The notes beneath the pieces are model-generated. The model searched no databases and was not told the origin of the DNA. It saw nothing but the letters and a program-made list of their open reading frames with translations. A stretch of 36,881 nt of DNA from Alistipes sp. (lineage in GTDB: Bacteria; Bacteroidota; Bacteroidia; Bacteroidales; Rikenellaceae): positions 1 to 36,881 of the forward strand of contig JAZNQJ010000169.1 in the NCBI GenBank assembly GCA_045590115.1. The letters are read 5' to 3'. The first letter of the stretch is position 1, and each line of letters begins with the position of its first letter. Below are positions 18,862 through 26,602 of the stretch, one piece after another. The position numbers were made by a program, and so were the translations under genes.

Positions 18862-18869
18862 CAAAGGTA
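18862..18869 (-). promoter_or_regulatory. -7 promoter element for cotH
   Basis: Reverse complement TACCTTTG, 22 bp upstream of ATG 18839. Confidence 0.6.
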
Positions 18870-18895
18870 CAAAATAATTGCTAAAGTTGTAATCA

Positions 18896-18910
18896 CCTAT
18901 CGCCGATAGG
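18896..18910. promoter_or_regulatory. Perfect 7-1-7 palindrome, candidate operator
   Basis: CCTATCG-C-CGATAGG between two divergent -7 elements. Confidence 0.45.
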
Positions 18911-18921
18911 AAAAATTTTGT

Positions 18922-18929
18922 TATATTTG
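18922..18929 (+). promoter_or_regulatory. -7 promoter element for the TPR-HTH regulator
   Basis: TATATTTG. Confidence 0.55.
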
Positions 18930-18981
18930 TATCGTGAAACGGAGACACACATATGGCACTAAACACCTGCGTAACGTGGCT

Positions 18982-20691
18982 ATGGCTAAGTTATGCTCGT
19001 CGTTGTGCGCCCTCAGCATTATCTCCATTAGTCTAATTTCGCTATCTCTTACCAGCTGCAACCACTCCTCAACCACCGATGCTGAGATTCTCAGCCAACT
19101 CGATCATGTTGAGCAGATTATGGAGCAACAACCCCAAGAGGCACTCGAGCTTATCTCACGTATTGACCGAGATAGAGTGGTTGGTGATGAGTATACCGCA
19201 CGCTATGCACTGCTCTATAGCGAGGCGTTATACTATAACCGTATATTTGTTGATGTTGACTCGTTGTCGCATGTTGCCGTAGGCTACTACAGTGATAGTG
19301 ATGACTATAATAGGCTTGCCCGTGCGCAGTTCCAGCAGGGATATGTGATGTATAATGCCCATAAGCATCCCGAGGCAATGGTGTCGTTACTCGACTCAGA
19401 AAAGGCTCTTGAGAAGTGTGATAATGATCATCTACTTGGAGTGGTGCATCGCAGCAAGGGCGACATCTACCACCATGGTGGTCTTTATCAGAATAGCTAT
19501 GAGTCGTATGAAAAGGCATATCACTGCTTTGAACACTGCGGATTGCCTTACCATATCAGCTACTCGAAGTATAATATGGGTCGTGCCGCCACGATGATGC
19601 GTAACTTTGAGCTTGCTGAGCGTCTTTTTGGCGAGGCACGTGACTATGCTATAGAGAACTCCGATAAAGATTTTCTCTGCGTGGTACTTCACGAGCTTAG
19701 CGAGATGTATCTTCTACAGGGCGACTACGCTAACCTTGCCAAGAGTGTCGAGCAGTTTGAGACATATGACTGTGTGAATTGGCTCCTATCACGCTATTAT
19801 GGTCTACGTGCTATCGTAGAGCTTAAGTTTAACCATAACCTGAGTGCTGTGTACCAAAACCTCGCTCTGGCAGAGGCTCACCCGCAGCGTGATGAGGAGA
19901 TTATTGAGAAGGCTCGATACCTATTATATAAGCATACGGGTAACGATACTGAAGCTCTTGCATTTAGCGAGAAACTCTTGGTGCGCCAGAGTGAATATAT
20001 GGTTGACATCCTCTCTCAGCCTGTGCTTAACTATCAGATCAACCTTCTGCAGTCGCATCTTGAGCATGAGAAACAGGTGCAACAGGCAATCCTTCGTGAG
20101 CGACAACTTGCCAAGCAGCGTAACGTGGCGATATACATATCACTGACTATTATTATCATTGTTGTTATCGCCAATCTACGCCTACGTATGGCGCAGAAGG
20201 ATCGTGACATTGCCAACTATGTGGCCATGATTGATGAGCTGCAGCTTACACGTAACGATATCTCACAACCTATGGCCGATGCTGTTGATAGGTTGTATAA
20301 CGATAGGTTGAAGGATCTCAATCGCCTATGCGAGACATTCTATGAGCATAGCGACACATCACGTCAGGTCTCTAAGGTCTTTGAGGAGGTAAGGCTCACT
20401 ATCGAGTCTATCAAGAGCGATGAGGCTCGTATCATGGAGCTTGAGAGGTTGGTAGATAGCTGTCGTAACAACCTTATGGCAAAGCTTCGTGAGCAGTGTC
20501 CAAAACTCAATGACAAAGAGCTTCGAGTAGCGTTATATAGCTATGCTGGTTTTTCTACCCGTGCCATTTCTATCTTTGTAGATAGCAATCCTGTGGCTCT
20601 ATCGAAGATAAAATATCGAATGAAGACCAAGATCAAAGATGCAGGCGGCGAAGATGCCGAACTACTCATCCAAAACCTTGTCGACCGTTAA
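18982..20691 (+). CDS. Membrane-spanning one-component regulator: lipoprotein signal, TPR sensor, TM helix, LuxR-like HTH
   Basis: Likely start ATG 18982 (GTG 18934 is the alternative) with LTSC lipobox; TPR-like repeats; TM AIYISLTIIIIVVIANL; C-terminal PKLNDKELRVALYSYAGFSTRAISIFV...IKYRMKTKI. Confidence 0.8.
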   Translation: MAKLCSSLCALSIISISLISLSLTSCNHSSTTDAEILSQLDHVEQIMEQQPQEALELISRIDRDRVVGDEYTARYALLYSEALYYNRIFVDVDSLSHVAVGYYSDSDDYNRLARAQFQQGYVMYNAHKHPEAMVSLLDSEKALEKCDNDHLLGVVHRSKGDIYHHGGLYQNSYESYEKAYHCFEHCGLPYHISYSKYNMGRAATMMRNFELAERLFGEARDYAIENSDKDFLCVVLHELSEMYLLQGDYANLAKSVEQFETYDCVNWLLSRYYGLRAIVELKFNHNLSAVYQNLALAEAHPQRDEEIIEKARYLLYKHTGNDTEALAFSEKLLVRQSEYMVDILSQPVLNYQINLLQSHLEHEKQVQQAILRERQLAKQRNVAIYISLTIIIIVVIANLRLRMAQKDRDIANYVAMIDELQLTRNDISQPMADAVDRLYNDRLKDLNRLCETFYEHSDTSRQVSKVFEEVRLTIESIKSDEARIMELERLVDSCRNNLMAKLREQCPKLNDKELRVALYSYAGFSTRAISIFVDSNPVALSKIKYRMKTKIKDAGGEDAELLIQNLVDR

Positions 20692-20693
20692 GC

Positions 20694-20822
20694 GTTGAAT
20701 TTCAGCTATTTACACTCACTTTCCCAAAACACATTCTCAATCCTCGTAACTCGCTGATTATCAGGGCCGAGAAAATTTTCAAAATTTTATTTTTTCAACA
20801 CGCTGATTTCCAGCTACTTACA
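20694..20822. repeat. Three copies of a quasi-palindromic GCTGA-N3-TCAGC box
   Basis: GTTGAATTTCAGC (20694-20706), GCTGATTATCAGG (20753-20765) and GCTGATTTCCAGC (20802-20814); copies 1 and 3 share the tail TA(T/C)TTACA. Confidence 0.65.
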
Positions 20823-20854
20823 AAGTGGCTGGGGAAATCTTTTTGTGCTAAAAA

Positions 20855-20886
20855 TTTGGAGGTTGCCACAACACATACTACTTTTG
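20855..20886 (+). promoter_or_regulatory. Full consensus Bacteroidetes -33/-7 promoter
   Basis: TTTG (20855-20858), 20-bp spacer, TACTTTTG (20879-20886). Confidence 0.75.
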
Positions 20887-20889
20887 TGA

Positions 20890-21132
20890 TTGTTAGAAAG
20901 GTGCAAACTTAACAGCTTAAAGTTAGCCTTAGGGCAAAATGCACAAGGTTAAGAATGTGGTTTTTTTCTAACACACAACTTTCGATACTACTTTCGACCC
21001 TTGAGGTCGGTAGATATAGGGGATTTACCCCAGAGATTTTGGTTAATGAATATTATGTGTGTCCAGCTACTCCACTTTGATGTGTGGTGGATGTAGCTAA
21101 AAAGGGGCTCTCGACGGAGAGTCCCCTTTTTT
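20890..21132 (+). ncRNA. Candidate ~240-nt structured small RNA, family not recognised
   Basis: Bounded by a consensus promoter and a terminator. Stems TGTTAGAAA/TTTCTAACA, GTGCA/TGCAC, AACTT/AAGTT, CGACC/GGTCG, GGGG/CCCC and AGCTAC-TCCAC/GTGGA-T-GTAGCT. Only short ORFs seen inside (10 and 41 codons). Confidence 0.5.
21099..21132. terminator. Bidirectional intrinsic terminator (candidate sRNA and mscS)
   Basis: AAAAA-GGGGCTCTC-GACG-GAGAGTCCCC-TTTTTT. Confidence 0.88.
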
Positions 21133-21154
21133 CGTTTATAGCCATCCAAAGCCA

Positions 21155-22414
21155 CTACGCTTTCACATCGTAGCTCGATGGTGCCTGGTAGACCTTCAGC
21201 TCAAACATTGGCGCAAGTGCCACAACATAGGAGATAATCTCGGCCTGTAGCGTCTCGTAGTATACCCAGCGAGTATCTTCCGAGAAGCAGTACAGCTCAA
21301 TAGGCAGACCCCACTGTGTAGGCTGCAGCTGGCGTACCATAGAGATCATATTGTGGTTTACACGTGGATGATTGGCTATGTAGCGGTTGAGCGCACGCAT
21401 AAACAGGTCGAGGTTGGTAGATGTCTGCCCCTCGATGTTTGTTGCTGCAATGCTCTCAAGCAAATCAGCCATGCTCTTGCTGCTCGTCACACGTGCTAAG
21501 AACTCTGCGTCGGCAAACTTCACGCTTGTCATATCTATATTCAGCGAGCGTTTGATGCGTCGGCCACCAGCGTCAAACATAGCCTGCCAATTGTCGAAAG
21601 GCTCGTTGATAAGCAGGTTGGGTGGTATTGTCTGCAGGGTGTTGTCCCACGCACGAATCTTTACGGTGGTCAGTGCTACCTCCTCAACAGTGCCATCTAC
21701 GCCATGCTTGGGCATAGATATCCAATCGCCAACCTTAAGCATCTTATTCGCAGATAGCTGAATACCCGCCACAAGGCCGAGGATGCTGTTTTGGAATATC
21801 AACATAAGCACCGCTGCCGAGGCACCAAGTCCTGTGAGCAGCATCGCTGGCGACTTGTCGATGATGATGGCGATGATGAGTATCGCAGCAATCAATATGG
21901 TAAGCACCTGGCCTGTCTGCATAAGACCCTTTATAGGTCTGCCATGCAGCGAAGGACGTTTGTCCGCAATCTCGAATACCATCTTGAGTACCGAGTTGAA
22001 GAAGCGCACAAAGGCTATTACGATGTACACCTCGATACCTCGTGTGATTACCGTCGTTAGCAGCCCTGCTTCAGCGCCCTTAGGAAATGCGAGAGGCACA
22101 AGGGCGTAAAGAGTGATAGGTACGGCAATGCGGCACATGCGTGCTAAGACATTATGCTCAAAGAGCATATCATCCCACGATGCCTTGGTACGCTGCACAA
22201 TCTTACGTGCAAGACGCAGCACCACATGACGTAGCGTGAGGTCTATGACAATGGCGAGTATCACTATCATGAATAGCAATATCCACTCGTCGACAAGGTC
22301 GGCAGTCTCGGCGCTACATCCCCAATTGTTCAGCGTGGTGTTTATCCACTCTAATATGGCGTTGCTGTGCGTGCTATGCACCTGCTCCAAAACATTATTT
22401 GCTTCCTGTTCCAT
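21155..22414 (-). CDS. mscS: Small-conductance mechanosensitive channel (YbdG-like)
   Basis: TGLGASAAVLMLIFQNSILGLVAGIQLS, GDWISMP, NWQAMFDAGGRRIKRS and VRQLQPTQWGLPIELY motifs. Confidence 0.93.
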   Translation of the reverse strand: MEQEANNVLEQVHSTHSNAILEWINTTLNNWGCSAETADLVDEWILLFMIVILAIVIDLTLRHVVLRLARKIVQRTKASWDDMLFEHNVLARMCRIAVPITLYALVPLAFPKGAEAGLLTTVITRGIEVYIVIAFVRFFNSVLKMVFEIADKRPSLHGRPIKGLMQTGQVLTILIAAILIIAIIIDKSPAMLLTGLGASAAVLMLIFQNSILGLVAGIQLSANKMLKVGDWISMPKHGVDGTVEEVALTTVKIRAWDNTLQTIPPNLLINEPFDNWQAMFDAGGRRIKRSLNIDMTSVKFADAEFLARVTSSKSMADLLESIAATNIEGQTSTNLDLFMRALNRYIANHPRVNHNMISMVRQLQPTQWGLPIELYCFSEDTRWVYYETLQAEIISYVVALAPMFELKVYQAPSSYDVKA

Positions 22415-22424
22415 TACCTATATG

Positions 22425-23195
22425 TTATTCAAGTGTGCCATTGCGATGTAGTCGATAATCATTCGTCCCAATAATACAGATGTAGTTGCGGGATCCACCT
22501 GCAGGATGCGAGTGTATAGAGTCATACTTTGCGGCAGCAACATAAACCCCTGAGGTTCTTATCACTCCCCACTTACCATTAATCTTTACTCGTGCCATGC
22601 CATGAAAGTTGTTCTCGCCAAAGTCAAAAGCCTGCTCAAATTGTGCGGCGATGACAAACTCACCCTTTGGGTTGATATATCCCCACTTGCCATCCTTCTT
22701 CACTGCGGCATAACCCTCCGAGAAGCTACGTGCCTCTTCATACTGTGGGGGTATGACATACTCGCCCTGACCATTTACGTAGCCATAGTAAAATTCCTCC
22801 TTAACCAATGCGACACCACTACAGATATCACCTACTATCGTATAGTCAGGAGTTTCAGATGTCTCTACGCTCTGCTCAGGCGTAGACTCAGACGTAGGCT
22901 CAAGTGCTGCGATCAGAGCATCAAGCTTTGTGCCGAGACTCTTAAGCTCCTCTGAATTAGTGGTGTAAGCACCGTTAAGTGCGTTATATGCCTCAAATAA
23001 CGTAGTCATCTGCTCCATAAGCTGCTTGTTGCTCTCAAGGGCTATGGCCAACGAGTCTACCTTGTGTTGTAGCACTGCCTCACGAGCCTTTACTGCGTTA
23101 AGCTCCTCGCTCAGCAGAGCCACATCCTTCTTCTGTGCCGAAGCACCACCTATTGTAACAAGCACTAATGCCACAATAGCAATTAATCTCTTCAT
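22425..23195 (-). CDS. Secreted coiled-coil plus WG-repeat protein
   Basis: Signal peptide (ASA-Q); heptad region; repeats YGYVNGQGEYVIPPQYEEARSFSEG and KWGYINPKGEFVIAAQF. Confidence 0.85.
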   Translation of the reverse strand: MKRLIAIVALVLVTIGGASAQKKDVALLSEELNAVKAREAVLQHKVDSLAIALESNKQLMEQMTTLFEAYNALNGAYTTNSEELKSLGTKLDALIAALEPTSESTPEQSVETSETPDYTIVGDICSGVALVKEEFYYGYVNGQGEYVIPPQYEEARSFSEGYAAVKKDGKWGYINPKGEFVIAAQFEQAFDFGENNFHGMARVKINGKWGVIRTSGVYVAAAKYDSIHSHPAGGSRNYICIIGTNDYRLHRNGTLE

Positions 23196-23217
23196 AGTTG
23201 TAAGTGTTATGAATATA

Positions 23218-23225
23218 CAAAGGTA
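23218..23225 (-). promoter_or_regulatory. -7 promoter element for the WG-repeat/mscS unit
   Basis: Reverse complement TACCTTTG, 22 bp upstream of ATG 23195. Confidence 0.6.
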
Positions 23226-23257
23226 CGAAAAAAGTAGGATAATGTCAATATATCCAC

Positions 23258-23291
23258 AAAAAAGAGGCTACCCTCAGTCGAAGATAGCCTC
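23258..23291 (-). terminator. Intrinsic terminator of the fab operon
   Basis: Minus strand GAGGCTATCTTC-GACT-GAGGGTAGCCTC-TTTTTT. Confidence 0.85.
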
Positions 23292-23310
23292 ATAGTCGTA
23301 AACTGCGGAT

Positions 23311-24057
23311 TTAGCAGTTCATAGCACCACAGCAGTGGATAACCTGGCCGCTCACATATGACGAGAGGTCTGAAGCGAGGAACAATGCTACGTTAGCAAC
23401 ATCCTCAGGAGTACCGCCACGACGCATAGGAATCTGCTGAGCCCACTGATCCTTGATCTCCTGCGAGAGCTGGTTGGTCATCTCGGTGATGATGAAGCCT
23501 GGGGCGATGCAGTTAGCACGAATGCCACGTGGACCCATCTCCTTAGCGATAGACTTAGCCAAGCCAATCATACCAGCCTTAGATGCTGAGTAGTTACACT
23601 GACCAGCGTTGCCCGAAACACCTACTACAGATGACATGTTGATGATTGAGCCTCCACGCTGCTTAGCCATGATAGGAGTTACGGCGTGGATGAAGTTGAA
23701 TGCCGACTTGAGGTTCACGTTGATAACAGCATCCCACTGAGCCTCCGACATACGCATCATAAGACCATCCTTAGTAATACCTGCGTTGTTTACAAGAACG
23801 TCGATGCGACCAAAGTCCTCGACAATCTGCTTAACAACCTCGTGGCTCTCGTCGAACGATGCAGCATTTGAAGCATAGGCCTTAGCCTTAACACCCATAG
23901 CCTCAAGCTCCTTCACTGTCTCCTCTACCGCCTCGTTGATAGCCAAATCGGTGAATGCTACGTTAGCACCCTCCTGGGCAAAGCGCAAGGCGATAGCCTT
24001 ACCGATGCCACGTCCTGCACCTGTTACGAGTGCAACCTTTCCTTCAAGAAGTTTCAT
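23311..24057 (-). CDS. fabG: 3-oxoacyl-ACP reductase
   Basis: TGAGRGIG, NNAGITKDGL, NYSASKAG and IAPGFI SDR motifs; fab context. Confidence 0.95.
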   Translation of the reverse strand: MKLLEGKVALVTGAGRGIGKAIALRFAQEGANVAFTDLAINEAVEETVKELEAMGVKAKAYASNAASFDESHEVVKQIVEDFGRIDVLVNNAGITKDGLMMRMSEAQWDAVINVNLKSAFNFIHAVTPIMAKQRGGSIINMSSVVGVSGNAGQCNYSASKAGMIGLAKSIAKEMGPRGIRANCIAPGFIITEMTNQLSQEIKDQWAQQIPMRRGGTPEDVANVALFLASDLSSYVSGQVIHCCGAMNC

Positions 24058-24090
24058 ACTTAACCCTATTTCGTTAGTTAATGGTTTCGA

Positions 24091-25344
24091 TTATTTACCC
24101 TCCCACTTACGGAGTGCCACACATGCATTGTGACCACCAAAACCGAGTGAGTTAGAGATCGCTACAGTAAGTGGTGCCTCCTGAGCCTTGAGTGGCGTGT
24201 AGTCGAGGTCACACTCTGGATCTTGGTTTGTAAGACCAATGGTAGGTGTTACAATACCATGGTGGAGCGATAGTGCTGAGGCGATAAGCTCAACAGCACC
24301 TGTAGCACCAAGCATATGGCCTGTGATAGACTTTGTAGAGGTAATCTTAGCCTTCTTTGCAGCCTCCTCGCCCATAGCAAGTTTGATAGCCTTAGTCTCG
24401 GCAGCATCGTTAAGTGGAGTACCTGTGCCATGTGCGTTGATGTAGAGAAGGTCCTTGTCTGCATCAAACTGAGCCTCATCCAATGCCTGCTTGATAGCAC
24501 GTGACGCAGGAACACCATCAGGACGTGGTGCAGTGAAGTGATGAGCATCGCAGCTATTACCGTAGCCCACAACCTCTGCATAGATCTTTGCGCCACGCTT
24601 AAGGGCATTCTCCAACGACTCAAATACCATCATACCAGCACCCTCAGCGATAACAAAGCCATGACGGTCGGCCGAGAATGGGAGTGATGCCTGAAGTGGA
24701 TCCTCAGAGCGTGATAGAGCCTTGCTGTTAGCAAAACCGCCAATTGCCAATGGGTGTACCGAAGCCTCAGCACCACCTGTGATGATAGCATCAGCATAGC
24801 CATGCTTGATAGCACGATAAGCCTCGCCTGCTGCGTGAGTACCTGTAGCACAAGCTGTTACAACAGGAAGACATACGCCCTGAGCATTGTGCGAGATAGC
24901 CACATTGCCCGAAGCAATATTTGAAATCATCATAGGCACGAAGAATGGAGAGATACGGTGTACGCCCTCCTCCAACATTACCTTAGTCTGGTTTACGAAT
25001 GTATCCATACCGCCGATACCCGAGCCGATGTATACGCCAAGACGCTCAGGCTCGATATTCTCGCCACTCTTAAGGCCTGAATCCTTCATAGCATCTGAAG
25101 CTGCTGCCATAGCATATACGCAGAACTTATCGCTACGACGTGCAAGGCCTGCGTTAAGCTCATACTCCGACTGGTCAAAGTTCTTAACCTGGCCAGCAAC
25201 CTTCACAGGAAGATTATACTCATCGTAACCCTTGATAAAGTCAATACCGCAGTTGCCCTCTACAAGGTTCTTCCATGTATCTTCGACGTGGTTGCCTACG
25301 GGGGTAATAGCACCAATACCGGTGATAACAACTCTCTGTTCCAT
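24091..25344 (-). CDS. fabF: Beta-ketoacyl-ACP synthase II
   Basis: Likely start MEQRVVITGIG at 25344; Cys-His-His triad in TACATG, NAHGTGT and TGHMLGA; SNSLGFGGHN. Confidence 0.95.
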   Translation of the reverse strand: MEQRVVITGIGAITPVGNHVEDTWKNLVEGNCGIDFIKGYDEYNLPVKVAGQVKNFDQSEYELNAGLARRSDKFCVYAMAAASDAMKDSGLKSGENIEPERLGVYIGSGIGGMDTFVNQTKVMLEEGVHRISPFFVPMMISNIASGNVAISHNAQGVCLPVVTACATGTHAAGEAYRAIKHGYADAIITGGAEASVHPLAIGGFANSKALSRSEDPLQASLPFSADRHGFVIAEGAGMMVFESLENALKRGAKIYAEVVGYGNSCDAHHFTAPRPDGVPASRAIKQALDEAQFDADKDLLYINAHGTGTPLNDAAETKAIKLAMGEEAAKKAKITSTKSITGHMLGATGAVELIASALSLHHGIVTPTIGLTNQDPECDLDYTPLKAQEAPLTVAISNSLGFGGHNACVALRKWEGK

Positions 25345-25401
25345 TTTTATCCTCTTATTGTTTTGCGTCAAAGGACGCTGTTATTACTCTTGCTGTCTAA
25401 T

Positions 25402-26355
25402 CTATTTTGCCCACTCGATAACACAAGCACCGGTGGTAAAGCCTGCACCAAATGCGCTGAATACCAACTTATCGCCCTTCTGGAGTTTACCAGCGCGGTT
25501 AAGCTCATCAAGCAGTGCGGGGAGTGCTGCCGATGAGATGTTGCCATAGCGCTCCACGTTATGTGGTACACGCTCCTCATCAACCTCCAAGAAGTTGCGA
25601 ATAGAGTCGATGATACGCTTGTTGGCCTGGTGCAATACGTAGTACTTGATGTCGTTAGGCTCAAGACCTGTTTCGTTAAGAATCTTGCGGATATCACGGC
25701 ATGAGTTCGTCACAGCATGCTTGAACACCTCACGACCCTTCATCACCAATGGCTCGAAGTTCTCCTCCTTGTCGATGTATGGTGTTGGCTCAAGGCTACG
25801 CTGGTAGTAGAGTACCTCTGTGAGAGATTTTGTAGTAAGGCGTATCGCCTTAAGCTCATCGCCCTCGGTAACCACAGCTGCACCTGCACCATCGCCGAAA
25901 AGTACACATGTGCTACGGTTCTGCCAGCTCACCATACGTGATGGCTCCTCAGCACAAACGATAAGTATGTTCTTTGCCTTCTTGCACTTCAGCTTATCCT
26001 CAGCCATGTCCATAGCGAAGATGAAGCCTGCACATGCCGCATTGATATCTACGGTGGGGCATGTAGCACCAATCTTACCCTGAATGATACAGCTCAATGC
26101 AGGGGTCACATACTCGTTAACAACGTTTGAGCAGATGATGAAGTCGATGTCTGCAGCAGTAAGGCCAGCATCTTCGAGGGCTTTGTTGGCAGCGATTACT
26201 GCCATGTCCTCCAACTTCTCGGATGATATCACGCAACGCTCCTTAATACCGGTACGCTCGGTGATCCACTCATCTGATGTCTCAAGGAACTTCTCAAGCA
26301 TTTCATTCGTCACTGCACACTTGGGGTGTGCCGCTCCTGTTCCAATAATTTTCAT
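25402..26355 (-). CDS. fabH: Beta-ketoacyl-ACP synthase III
   Basis: TSDEWITERTGI; Cys-His-Asn triad in NAACAGF, LHQANKRI and YGNISSA; FGAGFT. Confidence 0.95.
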   Translation of the reverse strand: MKIIGTGAAHPKCAVTNEMLEKFLETSDEWITERTGIKERCVISSEKLEDMAVIAANKALEDAGLTAADIDFIICSNVVNEYVTPALSCIIQGKIGATCPTVDINAACAGFIFAMDMAEDKLKCKKAKNILIVCAEEPSRMVSWQNRSTCVLFGDGAGAAVVTEGDELKAIRLTTKSLTEVLYYQRSLEPTPYIDKEENFEPLVMKGREVFKHAVTNSCRDIRKILNETGLEPNDIKYYVLHQANKRIIDSIRNFLEVDEERVPHNVERYGNISSAALPALLDELNRAGKLQKGDKLVFSAFGAGFTTGACVIEWAK

Positions 26356-26399
26356 CTGAGATATTGTGTTAGTTCAACAATTATTTCGATTATTATCCT

Positions 26400-26441
26400 A
26401 ACTCGCAGTACCAACTTTTCGGGCTGTCGGCAGTGCGAGCC
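26400..26441 (-). promoter_or_regulatory. Stem-loop in the fabH 5' leader
   Basis: Minus strand GGCTCGCA-C-TGCCGAC / GTTGGTA-C-TGCGAGTT, with four G-U pairs possible only on the fab strand. Confidence 0.5.
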
Positions 26442-26456
26442 TTCGGTTTAACGGTG

Positions 26457-26464
26457 CAAAGATA
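26457..26464 (-). promoter_or_regulatory. -7 promoter element of the fabH-fabF-fabG operon
   Basis: Reverse complement TATCTTTG; no TTTG at the expected -33 position. Confidence 0.65.
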
Positions 26465-26490
26465 TGTTTTGCGAGCGTACACGCACGATG

Positions 26491-26542
26491 TTTGTGGCAA
26501 AAATACGTATTTTGTGGCAAAATTACAAAATGAGTGGTAAAA
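26491..26542. promoter_or_regulatory. Three direct repeats at 20-bp period, candidate LytTR operator
   Basis: TTTGTGGCAAAA (26491), TTTGTGGCAAAA (26511) and TGAGTGGTAAAA (26531). Confidence 0.65.
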
Positions 26543-26544
26543 GA

Positions 26545-26575
26545 TTTGTTGCTGCAAAAAAAAATAGTACTTTTG
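26545..26575 (+). promoter_or_regulatory. -33/-7 promoter of the LytTR gene
   Basis: TTTG (26545-26548), 19-bp spacer, TACTTTTG (26568-26575). Confidence 0.7.
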
Positions 26576-26602
26576 TGGTGAATATAATGACAATATTGGG
26601 CT

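Noticed and set aside
18840-18896. N-terminal extension of CotH
   Set aside because: It covers the -7 promoter box; MKKV at 18839 gives a proper lipoprotein signal.
20694-21132. CRISPR array, tRNA or riboswitch in the long intergenic region
   Set aside because: Repeats are short, degenerate and unevenly spaced; no cloverleaf with a T-loop; no downstream same-strand gene for a riboswitch to control.
26393-26593. 66-aa ORF between fabH and LytTR
   Set aside because: It runs through both promoters and the repeat array, with no protein-like features.
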